From Antedon mediterranea (Eukaryota; Animalia; Echinodermata): 64,000 nucleotides of DNA. The translations under genes were made by a program, and so were the position numbers. The notes below the pieces were generated by a model that made no database searches, had not been told where the DNA came from, and saw nothing but the letters and a program-made list of their open reading frames with translations. Below are positions 26,101 to 38,900 of this stretch, one piece after another (position 1 is the first letter of the stretch; each line of letters starts with the position of its first letter). Where the stretch lies: the NCBI RefSeq assembly GCF_964355755.1, contig NC_092673.1:26285648-26349647 (forward strand), written 5' to 3'.

Positions 26101-29100
26101 TGCAAATAACAAGCTGATAATATCTGGACACAGGGTAATGTGGCAGCCATACCAGTCAACATCACAGCACAGAACACCAAGTATTCTACATATACAGGCT
26201 AATGACATGCTTGAAGAAGAAAGTGAACACACCAACCAAGACACCAAGATCTCCTGGAATGACTACCCATTTGGTAATTAATAATTCATTAGGGAGGTTT
26301 CGCAACGCTATGAATATGATAATGAAAACGGATACGTCACACACACGTATTTGTTTTCGTAAAACAAGAAAAAATCTGTTTCGCATGGCAACGAAATATT
26401 GAGGGCGCCATCCAAAATATGACTGCGGTAAATTTGAACGAAGCGCAGTTGCATGTTGCTTGGCTGCCTGGGACTAGCGTAACATCAAAGCGAGTGAGGA
26501 CTTTAAAAAATGCTATTTATCTGCTATTACGAATATGACTGGTGATATTCGTCAACACGAATATAAAATAGGGATCAGCTCAAAAGTTTCACAAATGTGT
26601 AAGGTATCCATTTTCGTTATTGTATTCGTAGCGTTGCGAAACTAGTAGGAAATGCTTTTCACAATATGAATCTGACTTCTTATCTTTACAAAGTTAAATT
26701 CTTTTTCTAGATATGGGTTATTACTTGTTTCGATCTCAGACACCAGCTCAGTACATGATCAGTCAGAGAAATCCCAGAATTCATCTCATTGAAAATGAAA
26801 GTCAAACTGAAGAAGGTCTTGATAACGTAATTGTAGCATCTCTCTGGAATTGGTGGTAAGTTATCTTAACTAACTGAAAAATATAATTGGTAAATAAACG
26901 GAATTATATTTCAAATGATATTTATTTTTAAATGAATCCCCATTGTGTTAAACAATTCTCAAACATTTTTACAAAAACCACCTAAGTTCGCATTGTACCA
27001 CCTGATCCAAATAATGCATGTCACATGATAAGTAATCAACCAATTTATTGGCAAACAAAACCTTTCATATTGTAACATAAATCAAACTAATATTGACATT
27101 AGTACTGAGCCATATCCTTCCTTATTTATAAAACATTGTTTTATTTTCTTTTTTCTAGGAAGGAAATACTAGCAACTAGTTTCTTGTTGTCTTTAGCAAT
27201 GCAGTTATTTCACTCACAGTTTAAAAAGATAGCCAGGGCCAGGAAAGACAGTAACTCAAGCCAGGGGGACTCATCTGACAAGCCAGATGCAGCGGAAGAG
27301 GTCCAGGCTAGCCAGGTTGTCCCTGACAGTCCTACTTTGGTCTATACTTCAAGGTACAACCTACAAAATAGTCATTGCACTCATTCAGTAGTGATGCTAA
27401 TGTCAAGGGTCAAACTCCTATACTAGGTCAACATTTCTACATTCAATACATCTTCACATGTCTGTCCTTTATTTGTTTCCTCTTCTTTGTTCCTTTGATG
27501 ATATTATAGCCTACTGCTAAAGGAAAAACTTCCACTCCTATTCCCCCTTTTCCTTGTTTTAACATTTCTAAAAATGCATAACCATTCACTCTCAGTTTTG
27601 TAGGTAAAGCTAAGAAATAATTTTTCTGAAAGATTTTAATCTCTTTTAGCTTTTTACTCATTTAAAAAAAAAATTCTCTTGCTTATTTCATTAATATGCC
27701 ACAATAATGTTTTGTACTTTTCTTATTTTATGTAATAAGGTATTTGAATGATTTTGAGCATCAGGAATGTTTAGGAAAAGGTGGATTTGGCATTGTTTTT
27801 CAAGCTAAGAATAGAGTAGATGAGAATGAGTACGCTGTGAAAAGGATAACACTCCCAAATAGGTATTTTATTTTTATTTAGTATTTTATTATGGTGTTTT
27901 CTATATACAAGTACAAAATGTGTATCTTACATACCTGACAACCAACTTACAAACCAATCTAAACAGCACTTTATTGTATAGCATACCTCTACCCATACTT
28001 AAGTCTTTCTAGCTGATGGAGATCTACGAGGCAAATCGTTTAAATAAAGATTAAACAGCATAATAATGACATAAATTTACTGTCTAAAGAATAAAAGTAT
28101 GATATATATGATTACTATAGATTAGAGGCACGTGAGAAAGTACTGCGAGAAGCTAGAGCTCTTGCGAAGTTGGATCATGTCGGAATTGTGAGATATTTTA
28201 ACTCCTGGCTTGAGGAACCTCCTCTAGGATGGCAGGAGCAACAGGATAATGAGATTTGCTCTGAAAGGTAAGTTTAGTTTATATTTCTTTGTTTTTATCT
28301 GTTAATCGTTTCAGTCGTATATTGCCATTTAAAGAATTATTTCTCAAGTGAGTTGTGACTTGAATGAATTTCCATTTTTGATGATGACTTCAACACAATT
28401 CTTTTGCAGTGAAACTGGACTGTCCATTCAATTGTTTTCACCAGACAGCAAGCTAGTACGAGATGAAGATAAATTTAACAGACAAACATCTTCTGACGAT
28501 CTTTTTTCCAAAGCCAAAGAAGATGATTCTGCTATTCCTGGTAACTATGGTGATAATAACACAACAACGGATGATGCGGGAAATGAAAATACTGGATTTA
28601 ATGTTGGAGAGTTCGAGGAGGATGAATCTTTTAGCATAATTTTCCAAGAAGAATTGGAAGACAATCCTGCTGGAGATATCCGGAAAGGTTCTGAAGGTTT
28701 TGAAGTAGATAGTTTAAGTTCTGACCAATCAGAGGATGTTGATACACCTCTAAATGTACCATTCCAAAACTATGGCAAAGATTCATTTGGATTCAATGCA
28801 GACGCCGAAGACACTAGCGCATCATTCCAAGTGGTTTTTGAACGTTCCAACGGTGCTGGAAATGAAAGCGACCAATCGGAAGAAAGCGAAAGCAGTGAAT
28901 CACAACAGACGGTTACTAAAGAGTCACTAGGGACCAACAGCCCAAGGAGTTCGTTCTCTAAAAGGTCGGAAGCAAAGGAAGTGAGAAACCTGGAAAAAAG
29001 ACCAGTTGCCAAAGTTTATTTGTACATTCAGATGCAGTTATGTCAGAAAGAGACTCTTAAGGATTGGTTATCAAAGAACACATTAAATCGCAATAGAAAC

Positions 29101-31487
29101 AGTGTACTTCATATGTATTCACAGTTAGTGGATGCCATGCACTATGTTCATGGTCTAGGCTTAATCCATCGAGACTTAAAAGTAAGCTCAAACTTTACAT
29201 GTGTTTTTAGTAGAAAAGATAAGAACATAACAATTAGTTGAAATCATCATCAAAATATTGCTTTTCTATAATAAATTAAATTGTGTTGATTATCGAGTAC
29301 AGTATACAAATGGAACATGACCGTAATTTCATTTTGATAATGATAACCTTTTTTAATAGCCTATAATAATATCATTTTTCCTTTTGTTTATAATATGTAT
29401 TGCTTCCTTCTCTGAACACTGACAGGAAATGTGTTTAAAAGTTGTTGAACCCTGATAATGTTAAATTCCAACTCTTAATACTGTTAGTCTTTGTGTCCAG
29501 TGCTATGAAATTAATAAGAAAGCAGGTCCCTAAACAAGAGCTAGATTTAACCTTTATGCAACCTGCTCACTGGAACTTGAGTCGTTATTGAGAAGACTTG
29601 TTCTACTATCTTGGACAGGAAAACCATCACCATTTATGGCAGTGCCCATGCTTTAACCACTTGTCCAGTTGCGACTTGTCTGGCTTACGATAAAAATAAA
29701 AAATCCCAATACCAGAAATGAAAATGTTTTAGTGCCATATTCCGAATGCAATTTCAATTATATGGAAGAATATTGAATCTCTTGATAGAAAAAATCTAAT
29801 AACAATTTTTTTCTTTTAATAACGTAGCCTTCAAATATTTTTTTCTCAAATGGTAAAACCATAAAAATTGGTGACTTTGGATTAGTAACAGCCATAGATA
29901 CACAAGTGTTAAATGTGCAATCGCCAACAACTGAGAAAGAAAACAAAGGATTTGGGGACCAACGACATACAAGCCAGGTTGGAACACAACTTTACATGTC
30001 TCCAGAACAAGTAAGAAGGCAATATCGTTTTTATAGCACATCTGGGTGTATCCTTGCCATTTGATTGGTTAATTATGCATCATGTGCCATTGATTATTTT
30101 GCACTAAAGCGTGGTTCCCACTAGCGACGCAACGCAAGGACGTAACGCAACGCAAATGAATTGACCAATCACAAGCGATGGCTTATTCGCTTGTGATTGC
30201 TAACTGTCTATAACTTCGCTTGTCATTGGTTAAAACGCTTGTGTTGCGTTTACGTCCTTGCGTTACGTTCTAGTGGGAACCAAGCTTAATGAATGATGGA
30301 CAGAATTATTAAACAGCTTTTTGTAAAAATATTTTGCAAAGGTTGTTGACTGATCCATGTTAAAAAAACAACCTGTAGTGAGGGTGCAGCTTCTATAGCT
30401 TGACTAAAGAGAGCTGACTTATTTTCAACAAAACCAATTTATTTAAAAAAATATATAATGTAATGCTAGTTATTGTATTTAATATTTATAGCTTGAGGGC
30501 AAGACATATGGAAGCAAAGTTGATATTTTTTCAATGGGGCTGATTTTCTTTGAAATGCTGTTTCCATTTTCAACAGAAATGGAAAGAATAAAGGTTGGTT
30601 ATTGACAAAAATTTAACTTTGTTATCTTTAGTCTAGGTGAATTTAAAATTGTGGCCAAAATTACGTACTGCCAATAAATTTTTTTTAAGAAACATGTTCC
30701 AAGTAACTCAACAATATTTATTATTTTGATGTTGATGGATTTTTAATTATAAGTTAGCTGTGTGCTTCAGTGTACGACCAGTTCAATACTGAATATCAAA
30801 ATGTGGCAGACTATGGGTGCTTGACCTTTGACAAGATCGCCTAAAATTTATGATTTTAGTAGTACGGTACGGTACGTAGTATTGTACATCCAGTATACAT
30901 TATATTCAAGGCTTTAATGGACCTTTTTTTTCAGACCATGTCAGATGCCAAGAAATCGCTGTTACCTAAACGATTCACAAATGAACTTTCAAATGAGGTA
31001 ATTTTTTATTTGTTTATAATTTCTGTTTCCAATTAAATTATTTGTGTCTCAATCAATTTTTGTGATACTATTTAGTAACAGGTTGTGCTTATCAATAATT
31101 ATGTTCAAACAAATTTGTGAAAAAATAGATTTGAAAGAACAACAATGTTTATATTCAAATAAGTTTTCAAATCTATTTTAAAAGAATTGAGAGTGGATTA
31201 AACAAAAGTTGATTGACTGCCATTGGACATTTGCAATGGTTGTTGCCTATAATTGCATGGTTCAGTTGCTTTCTATATGGTATCATGATCTACATTTTGT
31301 TTTTATCAATGCATTTATCATTCAGGCAATGTTGGTTAAATGGCTTCTATCCCGAGAACCAGACAAAAGACCCGATGCCGAGGAACTGATGGGTAGCGAT
31401 CTGTATGCTGATGTTTATGAAGATTATACACCACCACATCCAGTTGCTAGGAAACGATATTCTTCAAACAGCACCTCTTCCTCATAG
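20109..31487 (+). CDS. EIF2AK3: eIF2-alpha kinase 3 (PERK), 16 coding exons, about 1089 aa
   Basis: Exons 20109-20395, 21638-21761, 22864-23061, 23593-23726, 24338-24557, 25195-25345, 26010-26273, 26711-26855, 27159-27353, 27740-27862, 28121-28267, 28410-29181, 29828-30010, 30492-30593, 30935-30997, 31326-31487 are phase-compatible. Signal peptide, luminal ISTLDG / VPMLDG / WNFSVG motifs, WWKEI TM segment, kinase LGKGGFG, YAVKRI, long acidic insert, [39 protein letters not shown]. Confidence 0.97.
21791..22335. mobile_element. Non-autonomous TTAA-target DNA transposon (Kolobok-like), 545 bp, PERK intron 2
   Basis: TTAA-AGATGTATTGTCCCTTG ... CAAAGGGACAATACATCT-TTAA: TIRs starting AG with TTAA duplication. 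Superfamily inferred from TSD and termini. Confidence 0.85.
25615..25916. mobile_element. Kolobok-like non-autonomous element, degenerate left end
   Basis: Right end GGGGACAATATATCT-TTAA; internal similarity to 13087-13422. Confidence 0.6.
26291..26646. mobile_element. MITE in PERK intron 7
   Basis: GTTTCGCAACGCTATGAATATGATAATGAAAACGGATAC ... GTATCCATTTTCGTTATTGTATTCGTAGCGTTGCGAAAC inverted ends. Confidence 0.75.
30108..30286. mobile_element. Harbinger/Tourist-like MITE, 179 bp, PERK intron 13
   Basis: TAA-AGCGTGGTTCCCACTAG...CGCAAGGACGTAACGCAAC / GTTGCGTTTACGTCCTTGCG...CTAGTGGGAACCAAGCT-TAA; long TIRs with TAA duplication. Confidence 0.9.
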
Positions 31488-33939
31488 TCTTCGTAATGTA
31501 TTCTAAATATAGTTTTTTATATTTTTTTGTACATTCTAAAGTTTATAGTTTATCTCAATAAGAATAACTTTTGCTGAATCTTTTAAAGCACTTATTTCAA
31601 TTTAATTTGAAATGTATTGTATCCCAAAAGAAGCTGTGCTTATAAAAGGTTAGCTTTGATATCCTGATGGAATATGTATTGTTAGTGTTTGTGTTTTCTA
31701 CCTAGACTTTCAATCCTCCCAGAATTATATATGTTCTGAAAATGTGTTTGTGTGTCTCTGAGCCATTATACCTGGTAGATGGTATATGATCATACATTAA
31801 CTCATTCACTCACATATTTTTAAAAATTTCAATATACTGGAACTTTCAGAACGGAACTAGTATTATGTGCTGTCATGTTATGGTTAATTCTAAAACAATT
31901 CATTTCATTAGAAAGTTGTATACTACACCCAAACTGAGAGTTAAATTATATTTTGTAGTTCTTGTGCATGCCATAGGCACTATGCATAGCTGTTTGAACC
32001 CCTGTTTAATTTGATTATGAAGGTAGGATGTCTCTATGGCTTTTCTTTAGAAATGTTAACTCTTTAGAAATAATCTTTTTCTTAACTTGAATTTTAACAC
32101 ATTATTTAACTACAAACAAAAATAAGGAAATCATGGTTAAACTTTCGAATGGTATTCTTTTAGTTTTCTTATTTCAAACCAAGGTTTGTACCAATTAGAT
32201 TTAAAGCCAGTAACTTAATGTGTAATATTTGTCACTATATGGAATTAACAAAATGTAGGGAAAAAAATAATAAGACGTTATTTCAAATGAAATAATATTT
32301 ACATGAATTTCATAAATTTGTATGTAGGCATTTATCATATATTATGAGAAAAAAAACACCGGTTATATAATAAAGGCGATTAGTTTACGATTATGAATAA
32401 TTTATTTAGCTCCTTTAACATAGATGATAATATATTTTTGTAAAAGCTATACAATACTGACACATCAAGAAACCATGCATTATGCCGTTTAGTAAGTTGT
32501 AATGCCATTAAGCATTCAAGCTGTTAGAATCACTGTTATAGCTTTTACACAAAAAAAGTCATGTTTTATATTTTGTTACTCTATTGATTAAATTATTTAT
32601 TCACTAATCATGGTGTATTTAAGGCAACAATTTTAAAATTAGTAAAATTATTATGTTTCAGTATTCTGTTTAAATTATAAATGGTGTTTATACTTATATA
32701 ACTTATTAATTTATATAATATGGTGTTAATATTAAAAGTATATAAAACTAGGATAGGCACTTGAAAGACCAAAACCACGTACAAATGGCAATGTTAACTA
32801 AATATGTGATGTCTGATCTAAAAACATTATTAACAAAAATTAAATAGATAAATCATTTGATATCAAAATGCATTTATTAACCATTGAACAAGATAATATC
32901 TCAAATAAGTATAATTGTACTAAAACATTGTTAATCTGTTCTGCCTCCAATGGAGGACCAATGTGGATTAGAACTATATTATACAGGGCACAGAAAAATG
33001 GTAAATTGTTTTATTTAGTTCAGTCATTTTAAAGATATTACTCTCAGTAATTAGAACGTCAGCATTTTAACATACCAATACATAATCTGTATTTTAAGTT
33101 TGAAATATTCATGTTATAAATGAAGTAATTGTTTTATTTTTGCCCTTTTAGGGGAAATGTATCTATGAATTATTCATAGCAGCTGTAAATTATTGTACAT
33201 ATATGCGTACTACTGTTTATCAGTAATAAAATGAAAATTTAAAACTATCTGTTGTTTGTATAAGTATTGTTCCTCTTTATTTAAACGTTTCATGAATTTT
33301 AAAGTACTTATATTAAAAGAATTAGCTGAAGAATTACATACAGATTAAAATAAAATCACCTGAAAATATTGCAATATCATTTTCCACATTTTCGAACAAA
33401 ATCAACCATGTAGATTCACTAATGTAAGGTAAGTTTTATGATTCCATTTGGTGACAAATTCAATGAATTTGGGTATTCAAATTTCTACTAGTCAGTTCTA
33501 GGACTGTTTTTGCTATTTACTAATTGGTCAAAATAATTTATCTTAACAAAAACTGCTCTGTTTGTATTATCAATTCCACTAGCTTATGTATCATTTTTTC
33601 ACACAGACTATAGTTATAGTACTTCAATTTCAGGAGTACCTATCAATTTAGTAAAAAATAACTTCTTGGAATAAATATTGTTATTGCTTATTTAACAAGA
33701 TCTTAAACTACCTGATAATATAATTATTTAAAATAATTTGGAATAAATTAATTAATTTAACATTTTAAACAAATTCATTTTTTCTTTATAACAAACAAAT
33801 AGGCCTAGGTACAACTTAATATTAAAATTTAAGTTAACAGTGAGAGAGGTTGAGTTTTAAACATAAAAAACTAAAATATTTATCCAATAATATTTATAAT
33901 TTATAAATAATTTAACATATTTATTCAGGGAAACAAATA

Positions 33940-34474
33940 TTATTCCATCATAGGCTGTTGTTTATTCAGGTCATCTTTGTTGCGTTCGTGTATGGTACTT
34001 GAACATTTCTTGCAGCTTTCATCCATATTCCTGAGAGAATCCATCTTATGTGGATTGAAAGTTGTTGCCAAGTCTATATTTAGCAAATGTGATTGTACTG
34101 TAAAACAAAATAATACATAATTGAGAATGCATGACCTAGATTGGAAACATAAGAAGAACTAAAAAAAAAAGAAACATATTGACCTCAAAGTTAATGATAG
34201 ACCATCAAAAGAGAGTCATGGAAATGAATGCATGCAATGTCTACACAAATGAATGAATAGTGTAATAGATAATGATGATCAAATCAATTCATCTAAACAG
34301 TATATTTCAATTCACAATTTAGATTTGTAACCTATTTTGTAAAAGTTAAATACTGAACTTACAGGTCACTCTATTTAAAAATTCCTTGTTTTTTGCTAGC
34401 TGTCGATTTAATTCTTCAAGAGTTTTTGCTGCTGAATGATGGTTGTAACTATTTTCTGCATGCGAGCTGTCCAT
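33940..34474 (-). CDS. SYCE3: Small helical protein, SYCE3 (synaptonemal complex central element 3)-like, 89 aa
   Basis: Coding exons 34474-34363 and 34097-33940 (phase 1, gtaagt/ttttacag) give MDSSHAENSYNHHSAAKTLEELNRQLAKNKEFLNRVTLQSHLLNIDLATTFNPHKMDSLRNMDESCKKCSSTIHERNKDDLNKQQPMME. Collinear by eye with recalled mammalian SYCE3 (K.L..LN..L.K, Q.....D, NP, S.R......C). Acceptor at 34550 and donor at 35178 imply an upstream non-coding exon. Confidence 0.68.
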
Positions 34475-34604
34475 CTTTCATATCACAGATTAATTTAGTC
34501 AACATTCACAACTTAACTGAAGAAATTATCATTGGTAATTAATGACTTCCTATAAAAATATAAAGTTATACAAATTATATAGGCCTACCTGCACATTAAT
34601 ATGA

Positions 34605-34740
34605 ACTATCAAACTATTTTGACAAAAAAGTGTGATGTGCCAAAATACTGTAGTGATATGCCAAAATATGGTAGTGGCATGTGATAGGACATGTCCAAAT
34701 TATGGGCATATCACATAAATAAAGTTTGATTGTGTAGACA
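34605..34740. mobile_element. MITE family A, partial copy
   Basis: ACTATCAAACT...GTGTGATGTGCCAAAATA...AAGTTTGATTGTGTAGACA, homologous to 4704-4863. Confidence 0.75.
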
Positions 34741-35971
34741 TATTATAACCTAGCTTTTTTAGAGTCTTTACTCTTAAATAGTTAGTTTACTACTACCAGG
34801 TAGTCTAGACAAGGCCTCCTTCCCTCTACTCTCATTCTAGTATAGATAGACAGGCCCTACTACTAGCTAGCTTACTACACTAGGCCTAAACTACTACTAG
34901 GGCCTAGTACTAGCCTAGGCTAGTTAGGTCTAGCTAGAGGCTAGCCTGGCCCTAGCTAGGCCTGACTTAGCGGTAGAGGCTAGGCTAGAATGTAATTGTA
35001 AGCTGATACTAAAATAAAAGTCGGAATTTATTTTAATATATTGATTATTTCTAAATAAACGTTTTACTAAGCCTACGTCTAAATGTATTAGGTTTTAATA
35101 CGAAACTAGCTAGGCTAGGCCTAGACCAGGTATCCAACAGAATAAAAAAAACACTAGGCTAGGGTCTAGGCTACTTACTGATGAAAAAGTTTTCTTTTGG
35201 TTACTCGTTGATGGCGCTCTGCTTGTCAATCTTTTTTGCTGCTGCACGTTGCTGCTGCATCTATTTATCTGCCTGATGCCGCGCAAGACAGTACTTCTTT
35301 CTTTGCACATCGATAATTCACCGTCAAATATGCAATTACATTTTTAAAAATATAAGAAAAAAATGTTGTTGATCCTATACTTTACATGCATTAATGGAGA
35401 TAATTTTTACACCATTTTTTTCTATGTAGGCCTATACACAATGATCATAGCGCCAACGCGACGATAGTAACTTTTTTTGTCAGCAGACGACGGCTGGTCG
35501 AACGAGACTCGACTACACACAGGTGGTTGTTTTGTTGTTGTCAGTGTGTTTTTCGAGGCTATTGTAACCGTATTGTTCTTGCTTATTTAAAAATAATAAG
35601 AACTAAATTATCAATAGATATGGTTATGAAAAGTACACAATTTTAATTAAGGCTAGCCTACTTGTCCTAGACACATCTTAGTTAGGGCCCTAGGCTGGGC
35701 TAGTAGGCTACCAATACCGCCGTATTTATTAACTCAGATCAGACAGGCTGTGCGTGCACAGAGTGCTGGCTACCTAACCTCCTACCTTGGCTAGGCCTAA
35801 ACTAGATAAACATAGGCGGCGGCCATATGATAGCCTAGGCCTAGTTCATTAAAATAAAAGATTGAGTTTGAAGGTTAACAACATTTTAGATAGTCCCTAG
35901 GCCTACATTTTTTTTCAGTAGTGGCAGCTTTCTGTTTATTTAGGAAAATAGGTAGCTCTAACTAAATAAAC

Positions 35972-38900
35972 ATGGATTTAATGAGATCTCTCAGCAGTGC
36001 CTCTGTGCTAGTTGGCAAAAGGGCAGCAAGAAGTGTTTCTAGCTTCCTTGGTATCTCCTTGGAAGACAATCAATTGGAATTTTGGCAACACAAGTTTACA
36101 ACTAAAGCCAAGGTATGATTCGGAATATAATACTAGGCCTAGTACTGCATTTTGTAACGGTGTTAAACAGGTTTTTGATGAAAAAAATATTAAACAATTA
36201 TTATCTCGGCATAAAAAAAAACCTTTTTAAAACAACATTTAAAAAAAATTAATATTTTGTTATTAAATGTACTAATACTATTCATTGTAAAATTTTATTT
36301 GGGCTGTCCTTTTATCATCAGTTTTATTTATTTTTAAAACAATTTTTTTTTTTTTTTTTTGCAGAATAGACAAATTGCTCCCTCATTACTCAACCTTCTT
36401 CCAAAACGTTTCAATAACTTTGAGTTTGAAAAAATAGATAATGAAGAAACTACTTTTGGAGTTAAAAAAATCACCACTGCAGTCAGCGCTCCAAATCAGA
36501 ACAATGAAAAAGAGATGAGAAAAGGTACATGTTCAAAGAGTTACTCGGATAGCTTTGTTACGCATCATTCGCAACCTACTCAAGATATAATTCCTAATAC
36601 ACAATCTGAATGTAGGAATATTGTTTCTGAAAATCTGCAAGACAATGACGGAATTGATAAAGAAACAGCCAGTGTAGAAAGTCAGAAGAATAGCTTAATA
36701 TCTGTTCGATTTCATCCTAATGTTGATGAAAATGAGAATTTCAGCAAATTTCAAGCAAAGAAATACAATCCGGATTTGGTAATTGATAATGGTGATGATA
36801 TAGTAGTTCTAACAGACAATAGCAAGACAGACATTGAGCCATCAGGTAGTTTTAAGGATGTCGTAGGAGTACGGGAGTGTGACAAATGTAAGGGAGACTT
36901 GGAAAAGCTTAAAGAGGTTGTTAGGTTGTCCAAGCAGTCAAATGAGATTTTTCACAAACAATGGGTAATTGTGTTGTCAAATTAAAATTTTTACGAATAA
37001 TGACTAATTTCTTAAATTTAGGTAATTATACTTAAAATATTGGTAAATAAATAAAAATATTATATAATAAAATTTACATAAAATCTATACTCTTTTAGGA
37101 TTAGATTTTATGATTTGTTGATTTATCAACATTTCCAACCACGAGATCAATGGCCTCAGTGGCTCTAATTTGTCTGCCATACACCACAACCACACACAAC
37201 CTTGGATGTATATAAATTTGATACCCCCATGCTTGGGATGGCCTAATAAATATATTGTTTTCCCTAAAAAATCTGATATTCTGAATGTGCTTTTTTGTGG
37301 GGGTGGGGGTGGTAAAAAAAACTTTTGAACTTTTTAGAAAAGTCTGTTGTTAGCTGAGTCGACTGTAGTGTACGCAATATAGGGGCGCTACTGCACTTTC
37401 GCACCTAAAACTGGGCATAAGACTCGCAGCGGGTAAATGTTTTTGAATTGGTATGGTTGATAGACTGTGGTCTGAAAGTGCAGTAGCACCCAATATAGAT
37501 TAGTTTACAGCACCCGATGTAGCCATACAACATACATATTGTGCCAAAGTTTATTCATAAAATATTTTTCTTCAACAGGTAGAATCTTGGATGAGACTTC
37601 ACGAAGAAGTTAGTTTAAAAGAAGAAAAGTGCAGTGTAGAAGTCGAAGCTACTGGCTTATCGAAGGATAATAAGAATAATGAAAGTTCAATTGTAGTGAC
37701 CCCAGCTGACCAACAAGTTTACAAAGACCACAAGCCTATCTTCTCGACGTTTGTCACAGTTACGCAATTGTTTGTGTTCTCTGTTCTGTGCTACTTTGGT
37801 GGAATTGCACCAATTGGTGTTACACAACAACTAACTTATGCGGAGGGAGTAAAAACATTTATTGGAACAGAAACAATATCTGTATCTACGTATCCTAATG
37901 TATGGATCGGGCCAAATGCAAAATATTGGATAGGTACAGCAAATGTATAGTATTTTTTATACTACTTATGGTTTCATAAATCGTCTGTTTCTATGAACAG
38001 GATTTCTTCTTTTTCTATAAATACAAATTTGCGAGTTCTCATCATTTGGAAATTGACTAAAAAAAACAACAAATTAACCACATATTTTATTGGTTGTAGA
38101 ATTATTTTTAGATCCACCACTGTGAATATTTTTACAATTTTTTTTTTCAGGAGTTGGGGCAATGTATTCACCCTGTATGCGCAAAGATCATTTTATTAAG
38201 ATTGAATCTGCTAAAGATAACCTCTATTATCGGAATGAACCACTAGGATGCTGTGAGATAGATATACGCAATACAGCCGGTACAACTACAGAAAAAGAGT
38301 GCCAGAAATTGACTTATGGTATATGTATAATTTGATTTAATTATTTTAAATAGATGTAGGCCTTTTGTTATCAGAATGTATTTATCTTTTCTCCTCACTG
38401 TAGATCATAAAAAATGGGATTTCAATATTAAAGACAGGTAAGATCTAGTGAGAAAGTATAATTAAAGCAGAGAAACCTCTAGTTTATGACAACTTTATGT
38501 GATCACATAAAAATTCTGCCCAGAAGAATACAATTATTTTGGGTTACACACACTTTTTAGGCATTGGTCCTGATTCGCCAGTGGTTATATTCACGCAAAA
38601 TCTATTCTTCTTGCTGTATTTTCTGAATTTACATACGATACAGCATGCGTGTCATAGCTTACTTTCTATTTCATTTCAACAATTTAATGATTTTGCTGTT
38701 GAAAAGTGAGGGGAACAATCACCCACTAAAAAATACGTTAAGGGGGTGGGGGTTTATGTCCTCTCCTCCCCCTGGATCTCTGCCGGTTCTGTCAAACTAT
38801 TTAATAGAAACAATTTCGAGAGACTAACACTCTTTATCTTTTATATTACACTAGGTGTTGGGACATGGAGTTTGCCTGTATGCAGCGCTAGGATGGCTGG

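Noticed and set aside
35110-35310. 66-aa minus-strand ORF upstream of the SYCE3-like gene
   Set aside because: Crosses a splice donor into CTAG-rich intron; spliced to the next exon it stops after six codons; probably promoter or 5' UTR.
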